A DNA stretch of 64,000 nt from Acutalibacteraceae bacterium (GCA_045587185.1 JAZNBS010000050.1:6564-70563), one strand, 5' to 3'; positions 31,629 through 42,597 are shown, numbered from the stretch's first letter. Notes: generated from the letters alone by a model not told the origin. Translations and numbers: made by a program.

Positions 31629-33053
31629 ATGATTATTTCTGAAAACTTTACTTACACAGACGAATTTTTTAAAATTTTTGAACAACTCACAAAAATACCT
31701 CACGGCTCGGGCAATACTGCGGAAATTGCAAAGTTTTGTTATAATTTTGCAATTAACAACGGTTGTGAAGCACTGATTGATGAAATCGGTAATGTTATAA
31801 TCAAGAAAAAAGCAGGAAAAGGTTTTGAGAATGCCGAGCCTATTATCGTACAAGGTCATCTTGATATGGTTTGTGAAAAAACACCCGACTCTGACCACGA
31901 TTTCACCCGTGACCCTCTCAAACTTCGGTTTGACGGGAAATATATAACCGCTGAAAATACTACTTTGGGCGGTGATGACGGTATTGCAGTGGCTTATGCG
32001 TTGGCATTGATTAAGGATAAGAAACTGCAGTTGCCTCCGCTTGAAATATTGCTTACAACTGATGAAGAAACAGGTCTTTTCGGCGCGGCAGGGCTAGACG
32101 GTTTAATGCTTTCGGGCAAAAAACTTATAAACCTTGATTCTGAGGAAGAAGGAATACTTCTTTGCGGTTGCGCAGGCGGTCTTACCGCAACAGTTAAAGA
32201 AGATTTTAAAGTCATTAAGGCCGAGGGTAATGTTGTCAATATTACGCTTCACGGTCTTTTGGGCGGTCATTCAGGTTGCGAAATCCACCGCCGCCGACTT
32301 AATGCTGCTTTGTGTATGGCCCAAATGCTGAAAAACTGCGGTTGTGAGTTTAAACTTGTTTCTTATGTAAGCGGTACCAAGTTTAATGCCATTCCTTGTG
32401 TATGCACCGCTGAAGTTTTGGTTGCGGATGCCGATGAATTTATAAATAACATAAATATTCAACTTGAAAATATAAAGTTAAAATCGCAAAATTGTGAGGA
32501 TACCCCAGCAATTTCATTCGAAATCAAGCAAAATACTGCCGAAACCTTGTGCGTTGATGACACAAATCGTATTATTAACTACCTTTGCAATGTCCCCGAC
32601 GGTGTTATTTCAGAGGGGGAGACAGGTGTAATTACTTCACTCAATACAGGCGTCAGCACACTTAAAGACGGCAAGTGGCATTCTGAGGCACTTATACGCA
32701 GTATGGTTAACGGTGACCTTGACGTAATTGCTGAAATGGTGGTGCATACTGCTTTTGAGGTTGGATTTAAGGTCGATTTCTCTGACAGGTATTCGGCATG
32801 GGAATATAACGAAGTTTCACCATTGCGTGACAGGATGATTGATGTATTTGAGAGGATGTACGGTAAGAAACCGACTGTCAGTACCATACACGCAGGTCTT
32901 GAATGCGGTGTTATTTCGGACAAGATAGAGGGAATGGATGCAGTTTCTATGGGACCAAACATTTTGGATGTTCACACTGTCAACGAGCGTCTTGACGTTG
33001 AAAGTGCCATTCGTTGCTATAAATATCTTGTTGAAATTTTAAAGAGTTTCTAA
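31629..33053 (+). CDS. pepD: Aminoacyl-histidine dipeptidase PepD (M20 family)
   Basis: IPHGSGN, VQGHLDMV, LGGDDGI and TTDEETG metal-site motifs. Confidence 0.85.
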   Translation: MIISENFTYTDEFFKIFEQLTKIPHGSGNTAEIAKFCYNFAINNGCEALIDEIGNVIIKKKAGKGFENAEPIIVQGHLDMVCEKTPDSDHDFTRDPLKLRFDGKYITAENTTLGGDDGIAVAYALALIKDKKLQLPPLEILLTTDEETGLFGAAGLDGLMLSGKKLINLDSEEEGILLCGCAGGLTATVKEDFKVIKAEGNVVNITLHGLLGGHSGCEIHRRRLNAALCMAQMLKNCGCEFKLVSYVSGTKFNAIPCVCTAEVLVADADEFINNINIQLENIKLKSQNCEDTPAISFEIKQNTAETLCVDDTNRIINYLCNVPDGVISEGETGVITSLNTGVSTLKDGKWHSEALIRSMVNGDLDVIAEMVVHTAFEVGFKVDFSDRYSAWEYNEVSPLRDRMIDVFERMYGKKPTVSTIHAGLECGVISDKIEGMDAVSMGPNILDVHTVNERLDVESAIRCYKYLVEILKSF

Positions 33054-33055
33054 AC

Positions 33056-33087
33056 AAAAACCAAGCATCAAGAGATGCTTGGTTTTT
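33056..33087. terminator. Bidirectional terminator
   Basis: aaaaaccaagcatc-aaga-gatgcttggttttt. Confidence 0.85.
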
Positions 33088-33089
33088 GT

Positions 33090-34826
33090 TTAGGCAAATT
33101 GACTGTTATATAACTCGTAATAAAAGCCTTTTTTCTTCAAAAGTTCCTTGTGATTGCCGTGTTCGATTATATTACCGTCTTTCATAACAAGTATAACGTC
33201 TGAATGTTTGATAGTTGACAGTCTGTGAGCAACAATAAAACTTGTACGGCCCTGCATAAGTCTTGAAAAAGCGTGCTGAATGTGCATTTCGGTCTTGACG
33301 TCGATTGAGGACGTAGCCTCGTCAAGAATCAGCATCGGCGGTATACTAAGCATAACACGTGTGATGCACAGTAACTGTTTCTGACCTTCCGAAAGATTTC
33401 CGCCGTCCTCACCTAAATCAGTATCATAACCGTTGGGCAAACGCTTGATAAAACTGTGTGCATGGGTTGATTTCGCGGCGGCGATTATATCCTCATCGGT
33501 GGCATTTGGGTTACCCATAGTGATGTTTTCACGTATAGTGCCCGATTTAAGCCAAGTTTCTTGCAATACCATTCCGTAATTCTCACGCAGACTGTGGCGG
33601 GTTACATTGCGGATATCGTTTCCGTCAACCGTGATACTGCCGTCTGTAACATCATAAAACCGCATAAGCAGATTAATAAGCGTTGTTTTTCCGCATCCCG
33701 TTGGGCCGACAATGGCAATCTGCTGACCGCTTTGAAAATTCAAGGTAATACCGTTAATCAGCGGTTTTTTCGGTGTGTATGAGAACGAAATATCGTTCAT
33801 TGAAACATTGCCTTGGGCATTTGGCATTTCAAAATTATCTTGGTCGGAAATTTCCTGTGGTTGCTCTAAAAAATCGAAAACGCGGTCCGCTGATGCTTTG
33901 GCAGCGGCAAGTTCCGTTATAACTCCCGAAATTTCGTTAAACGGTTTGGCATATTGGCTTGCGTAACTCAACAGAATTGAAAGTGCGCCAACCGTGAATG
34001 TTGGATTTGAAATAACGGTTAATGCACCAACAAGACAGACTAAAGCGTAAATAATTGCGTTAATCATGCGCGTTGAGGGGTTAACCATTGATGAGAAGAA
34101 AGTTGCTTTAAGCGAATATTTTCTCAGTCGTTCGTTAATTTCCTCAAACTTTTCTGTAGCCTCATCACTGTGGCAGAACGCCTTAATAACCTTTTGGTTT
34201 CCAACCGTTTCGTCAATATAAGCGGTCTGTTCACCACGTGTTTCAGACTGTTTTTGGAACATAGAATAGGTTCTGTCTGATATAAATTTTGCAACCAGCA
34301 GTGAAACAGGGGTCAAAACTACAACAATAAGTGCAATTACCCAATTTATCTTGAGCATTAACACAACTGTGCCTAAAACTGTTGCAATTCCCGCGAAAAG
34401 TTGTATAAAGCCCATCAAAAGACCGTCAGAAAGTGTATCAACATCTGATATAACGCGGCTTACAACATCACCGTAAGGGTGAGTGTCAATGTAAGATAGA
34501 GGAAGTCTCTGTATTTTTTTAAAAGATTTGCTTCTGAGGTCGTGAACAAGTGAAAAGGTCATTTTATTGTTGCAGACACTCATAAACCATTGACTGATTG
34601 CGGCAAGACCTATTGAAAAAGAGGCCTTTATAATAATATCTAAAATCTTGGAAAAATTAACATTGCCTTTGTCCACAATGCAATCTATAGCATCGCCGAT
34701 AAGCACAGGAATATAAAGAGTGAGTGCAACATTAAGTGTGGCAAGCAAAATTGATAAAATAAACACTATCTTTTGTTTGCCCAAAATTTTAAAAAGTTTA
34801 GAAAAAGTGCCTTTTTGTGTTCTCAT
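33090..34826 (-). CDS. ABC exporter, fused permease/ATPase (type I, heterodimer partner B)
   Basis: Six TM segments, Walker A GPTGCGKTT, signature LSEGQKQ and Walker B ILILDEATS. Start at MRTQKG, 1 nt after the upstream stop codon. Confidence 0.9.
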   Translation of the reverse strand: MRTQKGTFSKLFKILGKQKIVFILSILLATLNVALTLYIPVLIGDAIDCIVDKGNVNFSKILDIIIKASFSIGLAAISQWFMSVCNNKMTFSLVHDLRSKSFKKIQRLPLSYIDTHPYGDVVSRVISDVDTLSDGLLMGFIQLFAGIATVLGTVVLMLKINWVIALIVVVLTPVSLLVAKFISDRTYSMFQKQSETRGEQTAYIDETVGNQKVIKAFCHSDEATEKFEEINERLRKYSLKATFFSSMVNPSTRMINAIIYALVCLVGALTVISNPTFTVGALSILLSYASQYAKPFNEISGVITELAAAKASADRVFDFLEQPQEISDQDNFEMPNAQGNVSMNDISFSYTPKKPLINGITLNFQSGQQIAIVGPTGCGKTTLINLLMRFYDVTDGSITVDGNDIRNVTRHSLRENYGMVLQETWLKSGTIRENITMGNPNATDEDIIAAAKSTHAHSFIKRLPNGYDTDLGEDGGNLSEGQKQLLCITRVMLSIPPMLILDEATSSIDVKTEMHIQHAFSRLMQGRTSFIVAHRLSTIKHSDVILVMKDGNIIEHGNHKELLKKKGFYYELYNSQFA

Positions 34827-34827
34827 A

Positions 34828-36549
34828 TCACATCTCCTCCTTTTCCAACTGACTACGGCATATCTCGGCGTATACATCTGAAGTTTCAAGTAATTCTGAA
34901 TGTGTACCGATACCGACAGCCTCACCGTCATCAAGCACTATGATTTTATCGGCATTCATAACCGATGAAACACGTTGCGAAACGGTTATAACGGTGGGGT
35001 TCTGAGGCAAGTGGGATATTGCGTGACGCAGGTCGGCCTCGGTCTTGAAATCAAGTGCAGACGCGCTATCGTCAAGAATCAGAATTTGTGGGTTTGAGAC
35101 CAAAGCACGGGCAATGCAAAGACGCTGACGCTGACCGCCCGAAAGATTTCGGCCGTTTTGTTCGATTTCGGCGTCAAGACCGCCTTTATTCTCAACTATC
35201 TCTTTGGCTTGTGCATCTTTTAACGCCTGCCAAAGTTGCTCATCAGAGGCGGTTTTTCCGCCAAGCAAAAGATTTTCTCTGACGGTGCCTTTGAATAGCA
35301 CCGATTTCTGCAAAACAATTCCGATTAAACCCCTTAACTCCTCATCGGGATAGTTTTTGACATCCCTGCCGTTTATCGCAACCAGACCGCTTGTTGCGCC
35401 GTAAAGATGGGGGATGAGATTAACCAGAGTTGATTTTCCGCTACCAGTAGCACCGATAATTCCAATGTGTTGACCGTGCTTTGCAGTAAAACTGATGTTT
35501 GTTAATGAAGCTTCGCCTGCACCGCAATAGGTAAATCCAACATTTTTAAATTGCAAGGCAAATCCAACGTCGGGAACAATTTTGCCATCGGTAGTTCTTT
35601 CAACAAAGTTTTCGGTTGAAAGTACGTTTTGTATCCGTGAGCCTGATGCTAATGCCTTGTTTACCGTCATTATCATATTGGCCAACTTTACAAGTTCAAC
35701 AAGTATCTGAGTCATATAGTTATAAAGCGCAACAATCTGACCTTGGGTCATGTTGCCGTCATATACCCTGTGACCGCCAATCCAAATAATAAGAATTACC
35801 GCGGCGTTAACCACAACATAGGTCAACGGATTCATTAAAGCAGATATTCTGCCGACAAACTTTTGCAATGCAGTCAGTTCCGAGTTGTTCTGCTCAAAAA
35901 TGTCAACGGTATCCTGCTCTTGCCGGTAGGCGCGTATAACACGGACACCTTTTAGTGATTCACGTGTGTTGAGTGTAACACGGTCAAGTTTTTGCTGTAT
36001 TTTTTTATAAAGAGGTACCGTAATTGCCATTATCACAACGACAATGACTGTGAGAATAGGAATAGAAGCAAGAAAAATGAGGGCCGATTTGGTATCGACA
36101 GTGAAGGCCATAATCATTGCGCCAAAAACAATAAAAGGTGAGCGTAAAAGTAAACGCAAACCAAGATTTACACCCGTCTGCACTGTGTTGACATCACCGG
36201 TCATTCGGGTGATGAGGGAAGAGGTGCCAACCTTATCAAGGTCAGTAAAGTTGAACGAATTTATTTTTTTGAATAAAGCGGAACGAAGATTTGCGGCAAA
36301 ACCAACCGAGGCATTGGCGGCAAAATACTGCGCAATTAAAGCGCAGGTGAAACCGATTATTCCTAAAATTGCCATCAGAATTCCGCGAGTGATTATAAAC
36401 GATTTATCGCCGTTGCCGATACCACGGTCGATAATATCGGCAACTACAAGCGGCACGAACAGTTCAAACAAAGCCTCGGTCAGTTTGGAAAACGGACCCA
36501 AAACTGCTTGTATGCGGTATTGCTTCATATATTTTAAAAGATTTTTCAT
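34828..36549 (-). CDS. ABC exporter, fused permease/ATPase (heterodimer partner A)
   Basis: Walker A GATGSGKST, signature LSGGQRQ and Walker B ILILDDSAS. Confidence 0.9.
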   Translation of the reverse strand: MKNLLKYMKQYRIQAVLGPFSKLTEALFELFVPLVVADIIDRGIGNGDKSFIITRGILMAILGIIGFTCALIAQYFAANASVGFAANLRSALFKKINSFNFTDLDKVGTSSLITRMTGDVNTVQTGVNLGLRLLLRSPFIVFGAMIMAFTVDTKSALIFLASIPILTVIVVVIMAITVPLYKKIQQKLDRVTLNTRESLKGVRVIRAYRQEQDTVDIFEQNNSELTALQKFVGRISALMNPLTYVVVNAAVILIIWIGGHRVYDGNMTQGQIVALYNYMTQILVELVKLANMIMTVNKALASGSRIQNVLSTENFVERTTDGKIVPDVGFALQFKNVGFTYCGAGEASLTNISFTAKHGQHIGIIGATGSGKSTLVNLIPHLYGATSGLVAINGRDVKNYPDEELRGLIGIVLQKSVLFKGTVRENLLLGGKTASDEQLWQALKDAQAKEIVENKGGLDAEIEQNGRNLSGGQRQRLCIARALVSNPQILILDDSASALDFKTEADLRHAISHLPQNPTVITVSQRVSSVMNADKIIVLDDGEAVGIGTHSELLETSDVYAEICRSQLEKEEM

Positions 36550-36681
36550 AACTTCTCCCAAATCTTGTATAATAAACCTGTAATGTATAAATTATACCAA
36601 AATCCCATTTAAAATCAAGCACAACAAAAATATATCTTCACTTTTTTGAAAAAATATGGTAATATATCATCGGTGATATAA

Positions 36682-36885
36682 ATGGAACAAAAGAAAATAG
36701 ATAGAATTTCTGAACTCACACGAATTTCCCGTGAAAGGGAACTGACCGAAGACGAACAAAAAGAACGCGCCGCATTGCGACGCGAGTATATTGATTCTTA
36801 CAAAGCATCTCTTACAGGGATTTTGGATAACACTTATATCCAAAATCCCGACGGAAGCAAGCAAAAACTTAAACCCAAAAAGTAG
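36682..36885 (+). CDS. DUF896/UPF0291 (YnzC-like) small protein
   Basis: RISELTRISRERELTEDEQKERAALRREYI pattern. Confidence 0.7.
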   Translation: MEQKKIDRISELTRISRERELTEDEQKERAALRREYIDSYKASLTGILDNTYIQNPDGSKQKLKPKK

Positions 36886-36920
36886 GGGTTATATTTTGTG
36901 AGGATTGGGTTTGACGGCTC

Positions 36921-37613
36921 TTATTTCAAACGTTTATTGTACTTTTTTATAAGTTCGGGTATCTCGGCAACGGTTTCAACCTGCAGTTCGCATTGCGGAA
37001 TATCGGGTCTCGGCCAACTGCCGACTGTGTTGACATATACAGGCACATAACCTGCATTGCGTGATGCTTCAATATCGTTTATAGGATTGTCGCCCACATA
37101 CATCATTTCAGATGGGTCAAGCATCAACCATTCGGCCATCATATTGAAAGCAGTCAACTGCGGTTTTGGGCAGTTATATTGACCGCATACGATGACTCGG
37201 TCAAAAATGTTTTCCAATCCCAGCATTTCAAGTTTTTTCTCCTGAAGTCCTGGCAAACCGTTGGTGATAAGTCCTAATTTGTAACCGTTCGACTTTAGGG
37301 TTTCTAACACAGGTTTTGTAAACGGGAAGGGAACAGCAACATTCATAAACTCGGAAAACACAAAGTCAGAATATGCTTTGCCGTCAATTTTTTTGGTGAA
37401 CAGGGGTGTTTCGTTGACTATGTATTCTCGTATCTTGTCCCAACCGTAGTAAACACAACTTTTGTCGGTATTTATCATTATTTCAGCAATCTTACTGTCG
37501 GAAAGTTTTGGATTAACAGGAAGTTTTTTGCGTATTTTTTTTGCAACCTCACTCAAGGTTGCATAGCGGTCAAAAAGGGTATGGTCAAGGTCAAATATAA
37601 CGGCTTTTATCAT
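36921..37613 (-). CDS. HAD-superfamily hydrolase
   Basis: Motif I FDLDHTL, motif II ITNG and motif IV VGDNPINDI. Confidence 0.8.
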   Translation of the reverse strand: MIKAVIFDLDHTLFDRYATLSEVAKKIRKKLPVNPKLSDSKIAEIMINTDKSCVYYGWDKIREYIVNETPLFTKKIDGKAYSDFVFSEFMNVAVPFPFTKPVLETLKSNGYKLGLITNGLPGLQEKKLEMLGLENIFDRVIVCGQYNCPKPQLTAFNMMAEWLMLDPSEMMYVGDNPINDIEASRNAGYVPVYVNTVGSWPRPDIPQCELQVETVAEIPELIKKYNKRLK

Positions 37614-37683
37614 AAGATAACACCCCCCAAAGTATGTATTTTATCTTAATTTATTTGAAAGAATTTGTCAAGGAAGTTGTGCT

Positions 37684-38265
37684 ATGAAAATAATTCTCGC
37701 GAGCAAATCTCCCAGAAGAAAAGAGATTCTTGAAAATTTGGGATTTGAGTTTGATATAATCACTGCCGATACTGATGAGTCGTCGGATATAACCGAACCT
37801 GAGTCACTAGTGCAGGTTTTGGCAGTCAGAAAAGGCAAAGCGGTACAAAATATGCGCGGTGAACGAGATACGCTCATCATTTCTTGCGATACCGTTGTGA
37901 GTTGTGACGGCAAAATTTTAGGCAAACCTCATACACCTGAGGAAGCCAAATCAATGCTCCGTTCTCTTTCTGGCAGAAGCCACACCGTTTTAAGCGGACT
38001 TGCGTTGTTTTACAACGGAAAGACTATCTCGGGTGTTGAGAGTACCGAGGTGTATTTTGCCAATATGCCCAGTGATTTTATTGAGACTTATGTTGCGAGC
38101 GGTGACCCAATGGACAAGGCAGGCTCATATGCAGTTCAGGGCAAAACAAGTTTGTATATTGATAAGATTGACGGATGTTATTTTAATGTTGTCGGTCTGC
38201 CTGTCAGACTGCTTGCAAAACTTATGAACAACCTTGGTATAGAACTGAATGATTTAATATCTTAA
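37684..38265 (+). CDS. maf: Maf-like nucleoside triphosphate pyrophosphatase
   Basis: ILASKSPRRKEIL and GSYAVQG motifs. Confidence 0.9.
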   Translation: MKIILASKSPRRKEILENLGFEFDIITADTDESSDITEPESLVQVLAVRKGKAVQNMRGERDTLIISCDTVVSCDGKILGKPHTPEEAKSMLRSLSGRSHTVLSGLALFYNGKTISGVESTEVYFANMPSDFIETYVASGDPMDKAGSYAVQGKTSLYIDKIDGCYFNVVGLPVRLLAKLMNNLGIELNDLIS

Positions 38266-38275
38266 TGATTATGTT

Positions 38276-38304
38276 AAAAGGAGCCAAATTCGGCTCCTTT
38301 TTTT
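38276..38304. terminator. Bidirectional terminator
   Basis: aaaaggagcc-aaatt-cggctcctttt. Confidence 0.8.
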
Positions 38305-38482
38305 AAATAATTGGCGGTTCGGGTGTTCTTCTGATTCTCGGCAACGGTGACTGGTAGGGAAAAACATCCTCACGGCTCATTATATTGTCATATTCAACGC
38401 TGTTTTCCGAGCAGTAAACAGTATCAACGGTATCGTCGGGTTCTTTTCTAATTGGGTCAAATTTCTTCTTTTTATCTGGCAT
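38303..38482 (-). CDS. Hypothetical small protein
   Basis: ORF with a GAAAGGAG RBS. No motif recognised. Confidence 0.3.
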   Translation of the reverse strand: MPDKKKKFDPIRKEPDDTVDTVYCSENSVEYDNIMSREDVFPYQSPLPRIRRTPEPPII

Positions 38483-38533
38483 AACAAACGCTCCTTTCAA
38501 ACATATTGTTTGAGAGAAGCGTTTGTTTATACT

Positions 38534-40135
38534 TCAATTTTTCTTGTAAATTATTGAAAAATCAACCGTGCCGTCAACCTCTGAAAAAGCAACATTATTG
38601 TAGTTTCCGCTAAAAATATAAGCAGTCGGAAATGAAACTATCGGAATAACCGTTGATTCGTTCGATAAAATTTCAACACATTTGCCGATAGATTTTTCGG
38701 CTTCTCTGCGGGTGGTGGATGTGTTAAGAGATTTTATAGCATTATCATAGTCATTGTTGTTAATATAAAGTCCCGAATCATAAAGTGAAAATTGTGACAG
38801 AATTTCTGCGATATCACCGCTTAAAGGTACGAGTGCTACGGTGAAGTTTTTGGAATTCACCCTATCGAGCAACGCTTGCTCTGATGCAACTGTAGTAATA
38901 TTGATGTAAGCACCCAATGTGCTTTGCCATTGAGCCACAATTTCGTTAAGAACTGTTTTTGTTCCTGCGTTTTCAACTGTCAACACGCTGATATTAGGTA
39001 ATTTTTTGTCCTTAAGTTGAGTTATTGCGGTCAAAAAATCTTGCCTTGCTTTTTGTGGGTCATACTCATACGAGTATTGTTTAAAATTTACACTATCAAG
39101 ACGTTGGTTAGAAAATGTTGCATCAAAAGGTATAACATTGTCAGCCAACTGAATGTTCTTGCCCATTTTCAGTTTATACAGTTCACGGTGTATTGACATG
39201 GCAAATGAGTCGGTCAGAAGTTTGTTGCCGCCGACTTGGGTGCTTTTGTTAAAAACAATGACATAATTTTTTTGGTATTTTACATTGACGGTATATTCGT
39301 TTTCGTTTATACCATTGAAATCGTCAACGCTATCAACTGCCATACTTATTTCCTTGGCTTTGATACGTTGGATTGTGTTTTTGCCCGTTGTACTGACTGA
39401 AAGGAAAATGTGTTGCGCAACCGCTCTGTTTTCATCAGGCTCTTGGCTTAATGAAAGTTTTAGGTGGCGGTTTTCGGTCCACTGTGAGGGGAAGTAGTAG
39501 CCGTTTGTGAGAATATTTTTGCGGTCAAGACCGTATTTACCCTTGCAGTTTTCAAAAAACTCACGGTTGCAAGGCATAAAAACTGCCGAGGTCAGCAAAG
39601 TCAAAAAAGTCTCATCAGGTTTTATAAGCGTTATTTCAATCGTGCGGTTATCAACTGCTTTTACACCGATTTTTGCATTCTTGTCACCGTTCAATCTTTG
39701 GGCAACGCCTGCAATATTAAGTAGTTTTTGCTGTGACGGGGAAGCGGTCATAGGGTCGGCCGCACGCGTGATGCCAAACTCAAAATCGTGGGCAGTGACA
39801 GGTGTTTCGTTATCCCATTGGGCATTTTTCAAAATAAAGGTATATGTGAGTTTGTCATCGCTGATTTTATAATTTTCGCACAGGTCAGGCACGGTGTTTC
39901 CGTCAACATCCTGCTTGAAAAGACCCCTAAAGCAGTTTCTGACAGCCAAAAGTTCGGCTTGTGACTGTGCTTTTTGCGGGTCGATGTTTTTTGGCATCTC
40001 ACTAATGCCAAAATAAATATTGAAATTCTCGTCACCGCAACCTCCTAAAGCCAAAAGAGAGGCCACAAATGTCAAGCATATCAGAAAACATATAAACTTT
40101 TTGAAACATATTTTGTATGAAAACATAATCAACAT
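38534..40135 (-). CDS. ABC-transporter family-5 (OppA/peptide-nickel type) substrate-binding lipoprotein, orphan
   Basis: Lipobox LALGGC. Size and composition fit SBP family 5. No permease or ATPase gene is adjacent. Confidence 0.7.
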   Translation of the reverse strand: MLIMFSYKICFKKFICFLICLTFVASLLALGGCGDENFNIYFGISEMPKNIDPQKAQSQAELLAVRNCFRGLFKQDVDGNTVPDLCENYKISDDKLTYTFILKNAQWDNETPVTAHDFEFGITRAADPMTASPSQQKLLNIAGVAQRLNGDKNAKIGVKAVDNRTIEITLIKPDETFLTLLTSAVFMPCNREFFENCKGKYGLDRKNILTNGYYFPSQWTENRHLKLSLSQEPDENRAVAQHIFLSVSTTGKNTIQRIKAKEISMAVDSVDDFNGINENEYTVNVKYQKNYVIVFNKSTQVGGNKLLTDSFAMSIHRELYKLKMGKNIQLADNVIPFDATFSNQRLDSVNFKQYSYEYDPQKARQDFLTAITQLKDKKLPNISVLTVENAGTKTVLNEIVAQWQSTLGAYINITTVASEQALLDRVNSKNFTVALVPLSGDIAEILSQFSLYDSGLYINNNDYDNAIKSLNTSTTRREAEKSIGKCVEILSNESTVIPIVSFPTAYIFSGNYNNVAFSEVDGTVDFSIIYKKN

Positions 40136-40352
40136 CCTTTAAATTAAAGTATAATGTTTATCTCATCAACCGTCAAGAGGATTGTTATATTATTTTATCT
40201 GAACTAATTGCAATGAATATAAATTTTAATACAAGACGTGGAGTTTATATAATAATAAAAATTTTTAAATGTAAAGAAAAACACTTGACAGATAGGTGGG
40301 CAATGTGTATAATAGTCGGTGTAATGAATTTTACTTTACAGAGGTGAATGTC

Positions 40353-40664
40353 TTGCCTAAGGATTTATCTGTGGTATTACTGCTTGATTATTATGGCGGA
40401 CTTTTGCCTGAGAAACAACGTCGGCTTGTCGAGTATTATTACTGCGATGACCTGTCTTTAGCCGAAATTTCGGAGACTGAGCGCATCACAAGGCAAGGCG
40501 CAAGAGATGCTATCGTCCGTGCTGTTAAAAAACTTCACGGTTTTGAGGAAACGGTTGGTTTTGCAAAAAAAATAGATTCTGTCAAGCGCAGATTTTCTGA
40601 TTTTGAAAATGAGCCTACCGATAAAAATAAGGCTGATTTAAAACGTGCTATTGATGAAATGTGA
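40353..40664 (+). CDS. ylxM: YlxM (UPF0122) putative HTH protein of the SRP operon
   Basis: LLLDYYGGLLPEKQRRLVEYYYCDDLSLAEISE pattern, directly upstream of ffh. TTG start inferred from a GAGGTG RBS; the ORF is open from 40296. Confidence 0.7.
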   Translation: MPKDLSVVLLLDYYGGLLPEKQRRLVEYYYCDDLSLAEISETERITRQGARDAIVRAVKKLHGFEETVGFAKKIDSVKRRFSDFENEPTDKNKADLKRAIDEM

Positions 40665-40694
40665 TAAATATAAAAGTGTGAAAGGGTGAGATTT

Positions 40695-42050
40695 TTGGCA
40701 TTTGAAGGTTTGTCCGATAAACTTGCTGCGGCTTTTAAAAAACTCCGCTCAAGAGGTAAATTGACCGAGAGTGATCTTAAAGACGCTATGCGAGAAGTGC
40801 GTTTGGCTTTGCTTGAAGCCGATGTAAACTATAAGGTTGCCAAGGATTTTACCAACACTGTTGTTGAAAAAAGTATCGGTCAAAAGGTTATGGAAAGCCT
40901 TACTCCTGCACAGATGGTCATTAAGATTGTCCGTGATGAATTGACCGAACTTATGGGCGGCGAGGGTGCAAGACTGCAATTTGCATCAAAGATACCCACT
41001 GTTATTCTTATGTGCGGTTTGCAAGGTTCAGGTAAAACCACCCACAGTGCCAAGTTGGCCAAACGTTTGAAATCTCAAGGGCACCGACCTATGTTAGTCG
41101 GATGTGATATATACCGTCCTGCCGCAATCGAGCAGTTAAAGGTACTTGGTGAAAAGATAGGTGTTCCCGTTTTTGAAAAGGGTACTCAAAAACCGGAAAA
41201 AACTGCCGAACAAGCAGTAAAACACGCAAGAGATTACGGCAATGATTTTGTTATTCTTGACACCGCGGGACGTTTGCATATAGATACCGAACTTATGGAT
41301 GAACTTAAGCGTATCTGCAAAGCAGTTGAGGTCAATGAGATTTTGCTTGTTGTAGACTCTATGGTTGGTCAGGATGCCGTAAATATTGCCAAGACCTTTA
41401 ACGAAACACTTGAAATTTCCGGTGTTATTCTTACCAAACTTGACGGTGATACCCGTGGCGGTGCCGCTTTGTCGGTTAAAGCCGTTACAGGTAAGCCTAT
41501 TAAGTTTATCGGTACGGGCGAAAAGATTGACGACCTTGAGGAGTTTCATCCCGACCGTATGGCATCCCGTATACTTGGTATGGGTGACGTGCTGTCTCTG
41601 ATTGAGCGTGTTGAAACTCAGATTGATGAAAAGGCCGCTCTTGAGGCCGCTAAAAAACTTGAAGAAAACAAGTTTGACCTGAATGATTTGCTTGCACAGT
41701 TCCAACAAATCAAGAAAATGGGCAGTTTGAAGCAGATATTGTCTATGATGCCTGGTGTAGGCAACAAGGTGAAAGACCTTGATATCGACGACAGACAAAT
41801 GCAAAGAATTGAAGCTATCATTACCTCAATGACTGCTAAAGAACGTGCTAAACCTGAAATTCTGAATGCTTCAAGACGCAGGAGAATAGCCGCTGGTTGC
41901 GGACAAAGAGTTGAGGATGTCAACCGTCTTATGCATCAGTATGAGCAGATGAAAAAAATGTTTAAGCAAATGAATTCCAAAGGTTCAAAAAGGCGTTTTA
42001 TGAAAGGAATGCCACAGGGAATGAACCTTCCCGATGACTTTAAATTTTGA
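40695..42050 (+). CDS. ffh: Signal recognition particle protein Ffh
   Basis: (M)AFEGLSDKL, GLQGSGKTT, DTAGR, TKLDGD and a Met-rich M domain. Confidence 0.97.
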   Translation: MAFEGLSDKLAAAFKKLRSRGKLTESDLKDAMREVRLALLEADVNYKVAKDFTNTVVEKSIGQKVMESLTPAQMVIKIVRDELTELMGGEGARLQFASKIPTVILMCGLQGSGKTTHSAKLAKRLKSQGHRPMLVGCDIYRPAAIEQLKVLGEKIGVPVFEKGTQKPEKTAEQAVKHARDYGNDFVILDTAGRLHIDTELMDELKRICKAVEVNEILLVVDSMVGQDAVNIAKTFNETLEISGVILTKLDGDTRGGAALSVKAVTGKPIKFIGTGEKIDDLEEFHPDRMASRILGMGDVLSLIERVETQIDEKAALEAAKKLEENKFDLNDLLAQFQQIKKMGSLKQILSMMPGVGNKVKDLDIDDRQMQRIEAIITSMTAKERAKPEILNASRRRRIAAGCGQRVEDVNRLMHQYEQMKKMFKQMNSKGSKRRFMKGMPQGMNLPDDFKF

Positions 42051-42102
42051 TATTTGATGGAGTATCCATTAAAATATATTCTATTTACAGGAGGTGCAGA
42101 TA

Positions 42103-42342
42103 ATGGTTAAGATCAGACTTTGCCGTATGGGTGCTAAGAAGGCTCCTTTTTATCGTGTAGTTGTTGCTGACTCCAGATATCCCAGAGACGGTCGCTTTAT
42201 CGAGTCCATCGGTTACTATAACCCTATGACCGATCCCGCTACCGTTCAGATCGATGCTGACGCAGCTAAGAAGTGGATTGCAAACGGTGCACAGCTTACC
42301 GATACCGTTAAGGATCTTCTCAAGAAGAACAATGTTCTTTAA
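42103..42342 (+). CDS. rpsP: 30S ribosomal protein S16
   Basis: [25 protein letters not shown]. Confidence 0.97.
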   Translation: MVKIRLCRMGAKKAPFYRVVVADSRYPRDGRFIESIGYYNPMTDPATVQIDADAAKKWIANGAQLTDTVKDLLKKNNVL

Positions 42343-42363
42343 TCTTTAGCAGGAGAAATTATT

Positions 42364-42597
42364 ATGACTGAATTGCTTGTTACCATCGTTTCAGGGTTAG
42401 TTTCAGATCCCGAAAGTGTAACTGTTACCGTGGACGAGCCTAATGAAGAGGGTGTTGTTGTATACCATCTTCATGTTGCCGAAGGCGATATGGGTCGTGT
42501 TATCGGAAAGCAGGGAAGGATCGCAAAGGCTATACGTGTTGTAATGCGTGCCGCTGCGAACCGTAACAACGAAAAGATTGCCGTTGAGATTGATTGA
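42364..42597 (+). CDS. KH-domain RNA-binding protein (YlqC-like)
   Basis: GRVIGKQGRIAKAIR is a GxxG KH motif. Conserved position between rpsP and rimM. Confidence 0.85.
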   Translation: MTELLVTIVSGLVSDPESVTVTVDEPNEEGVVVYHLHVAEGDMGRVIGKQGRIAKAIRVVMRAAANRNNEKIAVEID

